Assembly: GCF_009914755.1 (NCBI RefSeq)
Contig: NC_060935.1
Length of the DNA: 64,000 nt
From: the human T2T-CHM13v2.0 reference genome, Homo sapiens
Reading direction: 5' to 3' (one strand)
Made by a program: the position numbers and the translations under genes
The notes under the pieces: model-generated
What the model saw: the letters and a program-made list of their open reading frames with translations, nothing else
Database searches by the model: none
What the model was told of the DNA's origin: nothing
Shown here: one piece after another, positions 39,597 to 57,339 of the stretch
Layout of the letters: each line of letters starts with the position of its first letter
Position numbering within the stretch: the stretch's first letter is position 1

Positions 39597-40776
39597 CAGG
39601 ACCAGGTATATAATTTGCAGGGCCTCGTGCCAAATGAAAACGCTGGACTCCCTGTTCAAAAATTATTGAGAATTTCAAGGCACTTTGGGAGGCTGAGGCA
39701 GGAGGATCGCTTGAGCCCAGGAGTTTGAGACCAGCCTGAGTAACACAGTGAGATCTCATCTCTACAAAAAATTTTTTAATTAGCTGGGTGTGGTGACACG
39801 CACCTGTTGTCCCAGCTACTCAGGAGGCTGAGGCAGGAGGATCCCTTGAACCCAGAAGGTTGAGACTGCAATTGTCAGAGGTGTTTGAACCAGAGCAACT
39901 CCATCTTGAGTAGGGGCTTGGTAAAATAAGGCTGAGACTTACTGGGCTGCATTCGCAGGAGGTTAAGGCATTCTTAGTCACAGGATGAGACAGGAGGTCG
40001 GAACGAGATACGGGTCATAAAGACCTTGTTGATAAAACAGGTTGCAGTAAAGAAGTCGGCAAAAACCCACCAAAACCAAGATGGCGATGAGAGTGGCCTC
40101 TGGTCGTCCTCACTGCTACATTCCCATCAGCGCCGTGACAGTTTACAAATGCCATGGCAATGCCAGGAAGTTACCCTATGTGGTCTAAAAAGGGGAGGCA
40201 TGAGTAATCCACCTCTTGTTTAGCATATAATCAAGAACTAATCTCATGCCTGTAATCTCAGCACTTTGGGAGGCCGAGGCAGCCAGATCACTTGAGATCA
40301 GGAGCTCGAGACCAGCCTGGCCAACATGGTGAAACCCTGTTGCTACTGAAAATACAAAAAATTAGCCAGGTATGGTGGTGCACACCTGTAATCCAGCTAC
40401 GCAGGAGGCTGAGACAGGAGAATTGCTTGAACCCGGGAGGCGGAGGTTGCGGTGAGCCGAGATCGTGACACTGCATTCTAGCCTGGATGACATAGTGGGA
40501 CTCCTTCTCAAAAAAAAAAAAAAAAAAAAGGACCGTAAAAATGGGCAACCAGCAGCCCTTGGGGCTGCTCTGCATATGAAGTAGTCATGCTTTTGTTGCT
40601 TTACTTTCTTAATAAACTTGCTTTCACTTTATAGACTCGTCCCAAATTCTTTCTTGTGCAAGATCCAAGAACGTTCTCTTGGGGTCTGGACTAGGACCCA
40701 TATCCGGTAACACCATGGGCGGTGATTGCGCCACTCAACTCTAGCCTAGAGCAACAGAGCTAGACCCTGTCTCGAC

Positions 40777-40807
<31 letters not shown>

Positions 40808-40905
40808 AGAGAGAGAGAGAATTTTAAGACAGCAACAGCAGAGCATTAACCATGTACTGGGCCCTGTGTGCAAGCTCAGGTTTTACACCTGTGAAGCCAA
40901 TCCTA
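39597..40905 (-). mobile_element. MER45A-like DNA transposon split by an Alu/MER41/Alu stack
   Basis: Halves 39597-39679 and 40817-40905 rejoin into the reverse complement of remembered MER45A; TSD GAGAATTTCAAG/GAGAATTTTAAG. Confidence 0.7.
39873..40712 (+). mobile_element. Solo MER41A-type LTR interrupted by an Alu (about 40240-40530)
   Basis: Starts TGTCAGAGGTGTTTGAACCAGAGCAACTCCATCTTG, ends CCGGTAACA; TSD CAAT/CCAT. Confidence 0.88.
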
Positions 40906-41784
40906 AAGAGAGGTTCAGGATGGAGGCCTTGAACTAGATACAGAGGTCAGGGGTCCGTGTTTAATGCAGGCTGGAGTCCTCATATGTGCTCATGCACAGA
41001 GGTAGGCACGCATATAACCAGTTCAAACAGCAAGCAGAACACAAGCAGAGACAGGAAAAGCGAAGTGAAGAATGAGCAGCCATCAGAGATGCATTCTTAG
41101 CTGTCACTATCCCTCACTCTACCCCTTGTCAAGGGAAGGCTTCGGCAGCCATGTTCGTATGTATCACGTGACCCCCTCTCTCGGTCACTGTGGGTTGGAG
41201 GAGGGCTGATCACCTGACCCAAGTTAGCCAATCAGAGCTCTCTCCTGACACTGGCTCAGGTTGAAGTTCTAGAAAATGTTAATTGGGGGAGCTGTGGCTG
41301 GCAGAGAAGGAAAAAGGAAGCTGAAGGGCACTTGGGCTCATAATGGTCTCTCCAACCCTGATCCTGTCCTTTATGGACATTTGGCAGCGCTGCTGCCTTG
41401 AGGTGCCTTGCAATGCTTTATCTTTTTGTTAAAGCCACCTCTGTTGCTTCAGCCAGCTTGAGCGGTTTTCTGTTACTTGCTAGTGGTTGGGAAGGCTTAG
41501 CCGACGAAGGGAAAATGAGTCAGGTCCTGAAGGATGAGCAAGTTACGGGAGTGGGCCGCATGGTGAGGGAGTGGACTTCCTGATGGGGTTAAGGGCGCCT
41601 GAACACCTGGGAGGCAAGTTGAGGCCAAGACCTGGGGTGATGGAGAGGCAGGGTAGGCTACCCAGTGAGTAGGAGGCCGAAGGAACCACAGCAGGGCTCC
41701 AGATCTCCTGGCCCAGAGGGGCTGGTACGGGAAGCCCAGAAGACACTCATCCCTAAGGGGAGCCTGAGACTGAGGAACTCTCAT

Positions 41785-41940
41785 GCCCTGCGTCGGGCTC
41801 GTGGGCGAAGGGCCTTCCCAGGGACTGCACCATGGCCTGTCCCCAGCCTTACCCAGGGGCCTCCCTCTCAGGTTCTGAAGGACCCAGGGGTCACAGCTGT
41901 GTGGGGTGCTCCACTGAACACTTCCTTCAAACTCCTTCAG
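41785..41940 (+). pseudogene. DLEC1-like relic exon (AFP...QGPPSQVL.D...AVWG)
   Basis: Frame of ORF 41665-41991 resembles remembered DLEC1 GAAFFPHFSQGMLGPYQQLCIDITGCANMWG; donor CAG|GTTTGC at 41940/41941. Confidence 0.55.
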
Positions 41941-42029
41941 GTTTGCTATTTTTATCTGCGGAGTTCTCAGTTCCTGAGTGGGAGGCAATAATAAAAGGGA
42001 GTGGGTGGGGAGGAGGAATTCGTATATTT

Positions 42030-44075
<2,046 letters not shown>

Positions 44076-45032
44076 CCCAGCCCTTGATTTAAATACTGAC
44101 AAAACACCTGCTATATGCTGGGCCTGAAGGCTAAAGAGATGAATAAGACACCTCATGTCTGCTTCAAGTTCCCAGCATCTAGTAGGAACAGACACAGGAA
44201 CAAATAATTCCAGGACAGACACTATAAATGTGTTAGAAGGAGAGTCCAGCTATTGTGGGAAAGGGGAGTGAGTGGCTTGCTGGAGCATTTATGGAAGTCT
44301 TCATGGGAGAGTTTTTTTTGTTTGTTTGTTTGTTTTGAGACGGAGTCTCGCTCTGTCGCCCAGGCTGGAGTGCAGTGGCGCGATCTCAGCTCCATGGGAG
44401 AGAGTTTGAAAGGATGAAGAGTTTACATCCTCTGGAAAGAAGCAAATAGAAGGCATTCCAGGCAAAAGGAACTGCATCGAGTAAAAGCATGGAGGCAAGA
44501 AAGGGCTTGGTGTGTTTGAGAAACAGTGAGTAGGGCATGGTGGTGGCAGAAGCTTAAAGTGTATGGCCCGTGGACAGTGACAGCCGGACAAGAAGCTGAA
44601 GTGACAGGTGAGAAAACACTGAAACCATCTGACCTTTGATTTCTGGCTTTACGGAGACATGTAGAGAAAAGGTTTTGTCCCTCCCAGGCTAGAAAAAGAC
44701 AGAACTGAGTCCTAGGGATTACCCTGAAGCAGCATCTCCACTCATCCACTCTGCCCCACAGCAACATCTGTGCCATTTCTCTCCCAGACTCCCTCATGGT
44801 GAGCCGGGTGGTGACAGTGTGACTTCTGGAGCGAGCCACCTTGCCCAGGTCCAGGCTCCAGCTCTAACATGCTGGGCCCCAAGGGCTGGGCAGGAGAGAT
44901 TGCAGCCAAGACAGGGGTAGTGTCCAGACAGTGGACAACATGATGTAGCCAAGCCCCAGTAACCCTCGGGTCCCCCCACCCCTCCCTGGGCTCTGTGCCC
45001 AACCCTGAGCTCATGCCCCTTCATCTTGCCAG

Positions 45033-45136
45033 GCCTGTTCCAGCTCCATCTTAACTGGCTGCCCAGTACCCTGCTGGTGACACCTGCCACCACCTCCAAA
45101 TGCCTTCTGTGGCTGCCCTACATCCTGCTTATGCCA
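45033..45136 (+). pseudogene. DLEC1-like relic exon (GLFQL...CLLWLP)
   Basis: Acceptor cttcatcttgccag, donor GTGAGG; open only in the phase-1 frame. Confidence 0.65.
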
Positions 45137-45688
45137 GTGAGGCCCTGGGACCTGTCCCTAGGCAGCCTGGGAAAGGGCAGCTTCCAGCTGTGGCTCAGAG
45201 CCTGGGGAGGGGTCAGGAGATGCGTTCCTGTGGTTCTTCTGGTTGTCCTGTGTGAACAGGCGTCTGTCGCTGATGGTGCCCACACCTTTTTTTGTCTTGA
45301 CTCCTAGAACAAGTTGAACCAAAGGAATTCCAGACCTGGGAAAGTGGAGAAAGAATTTTGGGGTCAGAGCCGTTTAAGACTTTGCCTAGGGCCTGGGTCT
45401 TCTTTCTCCTAAAGGCCTCAACCCACAGCACGCCACACAAATATGTCACATAACACACAAACAAACATCATATTTCACAGTAAGTAGAATTCTTTATCAC
45501 ACTATATTCAGGTGCAGTATTCTAGTTGACAACGTATTTGTGCACGGTCAATATTAACTTTAGCTAGGTGCAGTAGAACCTACCTGTAGCCCCAGCTTCT
45601 TGGGAGGCTGAGGGGGAGGGTCATCTGAGCTCAAGAGTTTGAATCCAGCCTGGGCAACATAATGAGATCCCCATCTCTAACAAAATGA

Positions 45689-45940
<252 letters not shown>

Positions 45941-46113
45941 TGATCTCGAACTCCTGACCTCAGGTGATCCGCCCGCCTGGGCCTCCCAAAGTGCTGGATT
46001 ACAGGCGTGAGCCACTGTGCCCGGCCTGATTTTCTTTTCTTATTTGGAAGCCAATCATTGTCCCCAGATGGCAGGCATTGCCGGCTCTTTCCACACTGGG
46101 TCTGAGGCAGTAG

Positions 46114-46428
<315 letters not shown>

Positions 46429-46470
46429 TAGTAGAGACAGGGTTTCACCATGTTAGCCAGACTGGTCTCA

Positions 46471-46944
<474 letters not shown>

Positions 46945-47713
46945 CTATCCCACCTTTGTGCTGCCACATCACACTGCCTTGTCACTTCTTGGCTACGAGT
47001 TGGCCTCTTCCATCAGATTATGAGTCCAAGAGGGTAGGGTCTGTCTCATTCATTGGCCCTCAGACCAGCATCCTTCTTAAAATGTAAGTGCTTATAAATA
47101 TCAGCAGGGAAACGAGGCAAAAGAACCTTGAAGTCAGCACTGGGGCTGGTTCTGTGTCCACCTTAAAATGCTAAGAGCTGTCACATTTCAGGGTCTCATT
47201 TCAGCGTCTCACTCATCTAGGAGGTTGGCACGGTTATTAACTACATTTTGCAGTTGAGGAAACTGAGGCACAGAGAAGGTAAGAAACTAATCCAAGGTCA
47301 CACAGTGACTTTAGTGTTCTTAACCACACGTGCTGTGTCAGAGATTTAGCATGAAGTAACCACACACTGAAAGGGGGCTGTTGTGTTTCTTCCTTCAAAT
47401 GGAGGGGACTGTGAAGAGAGAAGGCTTTTGAAACCTGGGGGGGGTCATCCTTTCCTTTGGGAGGAGGTTGGGAATCTGCCCGTCATTCCTGAGTTCCGGA
47501 TCTCCAGGAGTGAGTCCCTGTCCTCACAGGTGCAGGCCCCAGAGTCCGGAAGGAAAGTGGGTATAAGTGGCTTGAGCCGGATCAATTCAGTGTAATTGAC
47601 ACGCAGAGTGGGGAGGAGCAGCTCAGCCAGGCAATATGTAGTGTCTCAGGTTGCAAAGGGGTCTTCAGGGACCACCCATAACATAACTTAGTTGGGGCTA
47701 GGATCCCTACCAG

Positions 47714-47930
47714 GCACTTTTATTTACATATCTCCCTTGATGGGGAGCTTGCCCCAACTCGGGGTCATTTTCACTGTGGGGGCCCTGGCCATGCAAGCTC
47801 TTGTGTCTGCCGAGCTGATACCTGCCTCCCTGCAGCTTCCTCAGGGTGCTGGTCCTCAGGGCGCTGGTGCTCAGGGCCTGGCAGGGTTGCACCTTCTCCC
47901 CTTTCTCCCTGCAGCCCTTCCAGGAACTGA
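47714..47930 (+). pseudogene. DLEC1-like relic exon (IYIS, FTVG, ELIP; LVLRA/FSL in a shifted frame)
   Basis: AG at 47712-47713, donor GTGAGC at 47931; contains a 15-bp tandem triplication at 47839-47881. Confidence 0.6.
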
Positions 47931-48249
47931 GTGAGCGTCTGGGCCTTTCTCGTCTTCAGCCAGGGCTCCTGCCTCTCTCCTCTTTGTCCCAGCCCCAACC
48001 CTGACAGTCAAGGCCTTTAGTCCTTGAGCCCATCCCATTCACCCTTCGAGGCTCCTGGCCCACAAGCCCCCTCCCTGGGCCAGGATCCCACCAGCCAGTT
48101 ACCTTGTTACTGAATGGATCCTCCCCTGTCTGTGTGTCTTCTCAGGAGGTTACAGGCCCCTGTCAAGTGTGGCCCCCGGCGCAGGGCCTCCCTGCCCTCC
48201 ACTCAGCTGCAGTCTGCTCAGCGCCCTTAGCACAGGCTGGGGCTAATGC

Positions 48250-48735
48250 CGTCTGCGTTCCTTTCCTGGGGCTGCCGTGACACATTACTGCAAATTTGGC
48301 AGCTTACAAAACCAGAAATTAATTCTCTCATAGTTCTGGAGGCCAGAGCCCAGAATCAAGGTGTTGGCAGGGCTGGTTCCCTCCAGACGCTCTCCGGGAG
48401 AATCCATCCCAGGCCTCTTTCCCAGCTTCCGGGGGCTGCCAGCAACCCTTGATATTCCTTGGCTGAGGGTTTCATAACTCCAGCCCCTGCCTCCGTCTCC
48501 ACGTGGCCTTCTTCTCTCTGTGCCTTCATGGCTGAGATGTCCCTGTTTTCTTTCTTATAAGGACACCACCCATCGCATGTAGGACCCACTGTAAATCTAA
48601 AGTGATTACAGCTTGAGATCCTTCACTTAATTACATCTGCAAAGACCCTATTTTCAAAAAAGATGACATTCGCAAGTGCTAGGTGTTAGGACTCAGATGT
48701 ATCTTTTTGGGGGGTCACAAGTCAACTTGCTGCAA
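48250..48735 (-). mobile_element. MLT1B/C-like LTR
   Basis: TTCTCTCATAGTTCTGGAGGCCAG and ACATCTGCAAAGACCCTATTT motifs. Confidence 0.75.
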
Positions 48736-49880
48736 CCATCCCATCAGCCTAGATGTGTGTAGATGTGTCCGGGATCAGGGAGGGTGTCCCTTCACCTCCA
48801 CATCCCATGGAAAGTGCTCATTGGAAGGAGTGAAGATCTTGTTAATGAGTTTGATGACTGTGAATCCAAGCAGCACGCCCAGAGCAGATGCCTGGGGTAG
48901 CTGAGTATGAGGGCGGGGAACAGGCGAGGACCCACAGATCCAAGGGCTGGCTTCCCTGACGCACCCAGCACCAGCTTCTCTGGAGAGGGTTGGAGAAGCG
49001 GCTCCTGCCGGGCTGCCCTCTGCCAGGCACTGAGGCCGGTCTGTGAGCCAGGCAGGGGACCCAGCAACTGGGAGCTTGGGGCCTTGTGGGTGAGACCCAG
49101 ACTGGACAATAAGGGGCTGAGGGATCACAGTGGAGGTAGGACTGGGGTGGAGGTGGGGGTAGCAGGCAGGCCCCAAGGCTGTTTTGACTGATTTGGAGGC
49201 AGCCTTGAGGCATGGCATGGGGGTCTGAGAACCCAGAGGGGCCTAGGTGCCCTGGCTGGCTGTCCGTGGCCCACAAACCTGGCCAGGTTCCCTGTCCTGC
49301 CCTCCAGGGCAGCAGGGATCCTCGTGGCCTCCTTACTACCACTCTCGACGCTCCCTGGAGGCTGGTGGCAGTCAGGCTGCCTTGGGTATATGCAGGGTGG
49401 CTGGAATGAAGTAAAAAAAAAAAAATTATTTTTCACAGTAAAATATTCCTGCATCACGTAGCTCCCGCCACAAACTACTTAAAAGACAGCTGCTTTCTTT
49501 GTCTAGTGCCAAACTTTCTAGATGCAAGTCCGCTGAGCCGGTGTGCACCTTAAATAAACTCCTTCACCCAATTCGGTCTCTCTGGCCCCTTACTTTCCCA
49601 CAACAATTGGAGATCCCTGCCTTGCATCCAGAGCCGCGGCTCCTTCTTAAGCTTCCCCCAACCAAGGGGATCCCGGTGACAGGTGGAAAGGCAGCGCAGG
49701 TGTCTTGTGGAAGTAGAGACCAGTAGTCCCTGGGCAGGGGGTCGCAACAGGAGGGCAGGGCGGCCAAGGCCAATGCTGGGAGAGCAAGTCCCTGCCACCC
49801 CTGCTGGCCTCAGCCTGGCCCCATGAGTGCTGGCCTCCAATGCAGGCCCAGCTCCTCAGCATCCTCTCTGCACCCCACAG

Positions 49881-50168
49881 GCTGCTCTCCAATGATCTGT
49901 GCTATGGACAGCTGCTTCCAGGGGCCACATCTTTACCCTGGTGTGGAGGCGGTGGTGGGGGGTTGTGGCATGATGGGAGTCCCAGCTGGGAACAAAGGGA
50001 AGGGAAAGGGAAGGGCTTTCTCTCCTCGGGAGAGAAAAGCGCTCAGGACTTGGAGCCAGGACTGGTGGGCTGCACATGGCCAGGCCCAGGGATTTTCGCT
50101 GTCCTGGACGTGGATTCCTCCTTAGCAATAAGAGTTAGAAACAGCATCGCCTTCATGGCGTCAAGGAG
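49881..50168 (+). pseudogene. DLEC1-like relic exon (LLSND...QLLPG...SGEK...RVR)
   Basis: Acceptor ctctctgcaccccacag, donor GAG|GTAATG; 288 nt open in phase 2. Confidence 0.65.
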
Positions 50169-50449
50169 GTAATGAATATGGAGAGGGTTTGGGACATGTG
50201 TGACACTTCCCAGCTGTTGTGGCTTTCACTGCTAAAATCCCTTCATATGGTAAACGCTGGGATCTTCGTAAAGCTCCTTCACGTTCATAGCCAGAAGCCA
50301 TGTGAGTGCAGGAGGGTCCACAGCCTCTCCCTCCTCCCTTGCTGGGAAGGAGGACTCTGGATCTCAGGAGGCTGGGAGCAGGAGGAAGGGGGTTTGAGAA
50401 GCCAGAGGCCTGGCCAGGTCACACTGGGAAGGCCAGTGGGCTCATGCTA

Positions 50450-50764
<315 letters not shown>

Positions 50765-51722
50765 TCATTAAGAAAATAAATAAATAAATAAAAGATGTTG
50801 CGGGAGGGAAGTGGGCTGCTGAGAAGGCGTGAACTGAGGGCCTGGGAAGGAGCTTGGAGCTGGGGCAGAGAGAAATTTGGGGAGCAGCAGACATGGGTAA
50901 GAGACTATGGGAAGAAAGGATTCTTGCCAGGGGTTATGAATGCACTTCTTTGGCATTTTCTAGAGAGGCTTCAGAAAGATGTAAATCACTTCTCGGCCAG
51001 TTTACATGCTAGACTGGTGTTTCTTTAAATATGCTAAAACAGAGCCTGAAAGTAGTGTATATTATCCAAAAAAAGAGTTTCCCAAAAGCTTTCCAAGGTG
51101 GTCTTGTTCTGAAACCGTATGCCCTATTCTGTGAGCCTAGAAGAAGTTGGCATGATGGGATGCGGTGCTGCAAGACCCAGCTCTGGAACTGTGGGTCTCA
51201 GCTGAGGGTGTCTGGGAGCTATGCTCGTGCCCATGCAGCCATTCCCAAGAGGCCCTCAGCTCTTCACACTTCCCCCTAGAAGCCAGCACTGCCCCAGAGG
51301 AACCTTCAGCTCTGCCTGGGAGCTCAGGAAAGTTCTCTGTGGCCAGCCTCAGTTGTCTCATAAAGTGGGATCATCTGCCTCAACAGCACCAGCGCTGTTG
51401 AGGATTACATGAGGTCGTAAATAAGAAAGCACTTTGCACAATGTCAAATATTACGTAAATTCTGTAATTATTGTTATTTCAAAGAAAAGATGTGAGGAGG
51501 GTCATAGCTGCAGCTCTCATTTGCTGATGACTTGCTCTATACCAGGCATGAGCTCCTTTAATCGTCCTCCAACCTCATGAGTGAGAACAGCTTCATCCCC
51601 ATTTTACAGATGAAAGGCATTTAGCTCAAGGAAGGAAAGCCATTGGTCCAGAATGGTAATTCAAGTTCATGTCTTCCTGACCCCATAGCATTAGGCTGAG
51701 CCTCTCTAAAAGTGAAAGAGTT

Positions 51723-53345
<1,623 letters not shown>

Positions 53346-53469
53346 GAAAGAGTTGGGCCTGTGGGGTGCACAGGGCAGACAAGTGGCTGGTGCCTCATGA
53401 GCTGAGCCGGGGCCTGGAAAGCGGAGAACTGAGGCCAAGTGCAGTGGCTCAACGCCTACTGTTCCAACT

Positions 53470-54133
<664 letters not shown>

Positions 54134-54510
54134 CAACACTTTGGGAGGCCGAGGAGGGGGGAATCACTTGAGCCCAGGAGTTCATGACCAACCTGGGCAA
54201 CGTGGCAAAACCCTGTCTCTACAAAAATACAAAAAATTAGCCATGCGTGGTGGCGTGAGCCTGTAACCCAGCTACTCAGGAGGCTGAGGTGGGAGGATCA
54301 CCTGAGCCTGGGTGGTCAAGGCTGCAGTAAGCCGTCTTTGTGCCACTGCACTCCAGCCTGGGTGAAAGAGTGAGACCCTGTCTCAAAAAAAAAAAAAAAA
54401 AAGTGGCGAGCCGCTTGCTGGAGCACTAGTCTTGGGGCCCAGCTGTGTGGCCTTGGGCGCCTTTTCTTTCTAGTCTCTTCACCTTTAAGTGTCACTGACT
54501 CCACGCACAG

Positions 54511-54628
54511 CATCTCTGTGATGCTCAGATGGAGCATCCTTCAGGCCAACCTCAGGGTGGGGCCTCCCCTGAGGTGCACTGCTCTTCAGGAACTGGTCCC
54601 AAAGGTCCCAGAGGTCAAGGAAGAATGA
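54511..54628 (+). pseudogene. DLEC1-like relic exon (ILQA...PP...ALQ) ending in TGA
   Basis: Acceptor cacag at 54510 is in phase with the 50168 donor; resembles remembered LLEARSANAPPTSIALQ. Confidence 0.6.
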
Positions 54629-55055
54629 GTAGGGGCTTTGCTCGGAGGAGGTGACTTCTGTAGGATGTGATGCACAGAAGACGGAGGAAGCTGTTGGTGA
54701 GAGCAGGGAAAACACTCCAAGCAAAGGGACCAGCAAGGGAGAGTCCCTGAGGCGGAGAATGGCTTGTCAGGCGTCAGGAAGGCCAGAAGGCCCAGGAGGC
54801 AGGAGCTCAGCAGGTGACAGGGATGGTGGCATGAAAGTTCAGAGAGGCCAGCAGGGTCTGTAGGCCCCAGAAAGGAGTTTGGCTTCCATTTCCAGTGCAG
54901 CATGCAGCCACATGAGATGTGTTTGTTTTTGTAAATTGTACAGAAGCATATCACACATGCACAAAAGTGTACAAATCATCAGTGTACAATGCCATGAATT
55001 TTCACAAAGTGAACACACCCAGGAGATGGGCACTGAGATCAAAACCAGAATGTGA

Positions 55056-55704
<649 letters not shown>

Positions 55705-56357
55705 TGAAGGGTGTTCAACATGAAATTGACAAGATCTCTCATTTCAAGCTCACTCCCGCCCCTGCATCAGCTCCCCAGTGTGACACCAGAACTGGACCAG
55801 CCTCAACTTTGCTTTTTTTTTTTGTTTGTTTGAGATGGAGTCTTGCTCTGCTGCCCAGGCCAATCTCGGCTCACTGCAGCCTATGCTCCCAGGTTCAAGC
55901 AATTCTTTTCCCTCAGCCTCCTGAGTAGCTGGGACTACAGGCATTTTTAGTGGAGACGGGGTTTCACCATGTTGGCCAGGCTGGTCTCGAACTCCTGGCC
56001 TCAAGTGATCCGCCCTACCTCAGCCTCCTAAAGTGCTGGGATTACAGGCTTGAGCCACTGTGCCTGGCCTCAACTTTGTCTTTTGTTGCTTGGGTAGAAT
56101 ACCCTATTAGAGTCTGGCCCCTTTTATGCCCTGATGATGTGTCTGACTCCCAACTCCCTTCCAAACCAGAAACTCGGCCATTCATTCCCCAGGCCTGGGT
56201 GTCCTGCGAAGAAAATGGACTCAAATGGACTCAATCGTACCAAAGCTGCAGCTGGCTGTGAAGGTTGAGTTAAATGGGAAATGGCAGTGAAAGCTCAGGG
56301 CCCATTACCCAGGCCCCCCGCCCCATGATAATGCCCTTTCTCTTTGTTCTGTTCCAG

Positions 56358-57065
56358 GTCCAGGAAATGAAATGAAGACAAAAGCGCCCCCTGTGGGTGA
56401 AGGTAAGATGCAGCTCTCTTTCTTTTTTTCTTTTTCTTTTCTTTTTTTTTTTTTTTGAGACGGAGTCGCCGCGATCTCACTGCAAGCTCCGCCTCCTGGG
56501 TTCACGCCATTCTCTTGCCTCAGCCTCCCGAGTAGCTGGGACTACAGGCGCCCGCCACCACACCTGGCTAATTTTTTTGTATTTTTAGTAGAGACGGGGT
56601 TTCACCGTGTTAGCCAGATGCAACTCTCTTTCTAGGGCTCCCCAGCATCCTGTCTTCTAGACCAAGGATGCCCACACTGCACCAAGCCAGCACAGACCCA
56701 GCCTCCACTGAGAGGTCAGTGCCCACAGGCTGCCCTCAGCTCTAAAGGCCCAGAGTGTAGATGAGCCAGGAAGCACTGCCACCCTTGCACACTTGCTCCC
56801 CATCTGGGATCCTCGCCCCTCTTCCTCCCCCACCCCAGACCGTTGGAGAGGTCTCCCCAGGTGTCCACCCAGCCTGCTCCCCTGGTTACTGTGCCCACAA
56901 CATGTGGCACCTTCCCCCGCACCCAGCCCCTCCCAGTGCAAGCCGTGCCTCACTGCCAGACTGCGCGGGCAGGGAGGGACCTGTCCCCTGTTCCCGGAAG
57001 ATGGAAGATCGCCCACACCTGGCACTGTGCCCAGCCCCTGCGGGGGCGTCATAAATATCTCCTGA
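56358..57065 (+). pseudogene. Terminal cluster of relic exons 56358-56402, 56661-56714, 56839-57065 (contains KPCLTARLRGQG)
   Basis: Strong acceptors at 56357, 56660 and 56838; donors GTAAGA 56403 and GTCAGT 56715; RLRGQG matches the remembered DLEC1 C-terminus KSCTLRLRGQG. Confidence 0.65.
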
Positions 57066-57339
57066 ATGATTCATTCATTCCTTTGGGAGAGAAAGCACGA
57101 CCCCTTAGTGGTTAAAGGTATGGAGTTTGAAGTCACACAGACCTGGGTTCAATTCTGGCTCTGACCTTTGGCTCTGTGACCTTGGTCACCTCTCTGAGCC
57201 TGTTTCTTCATGTAAAAAAATGGAGTCACCACGACCAGATTAGGCCACGGTGAGGACTGAGATGATGTTGTAAGGCACCAGCACAGAGCTGACCTACAGC
57301 TCAATCGTGGTGGGAGGGAGTAATTATCCATTCAGAAAA

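Noticed and set aside
47714-47930. Resemblance of GTFIYISP...SAEL to SLC7, ZIP or OST-alpha transporter helices
   Set aside because: Several unrelated families fit this hydrophobic stretch equally weakly and neighbouring exons are not collinear with them; DLEC1 explains the whole chain.
56358-56714. 45- and 54-nt exons suggesting a collagen gene
   Set aside because: No Gly-X-Y periodicity in any frame.
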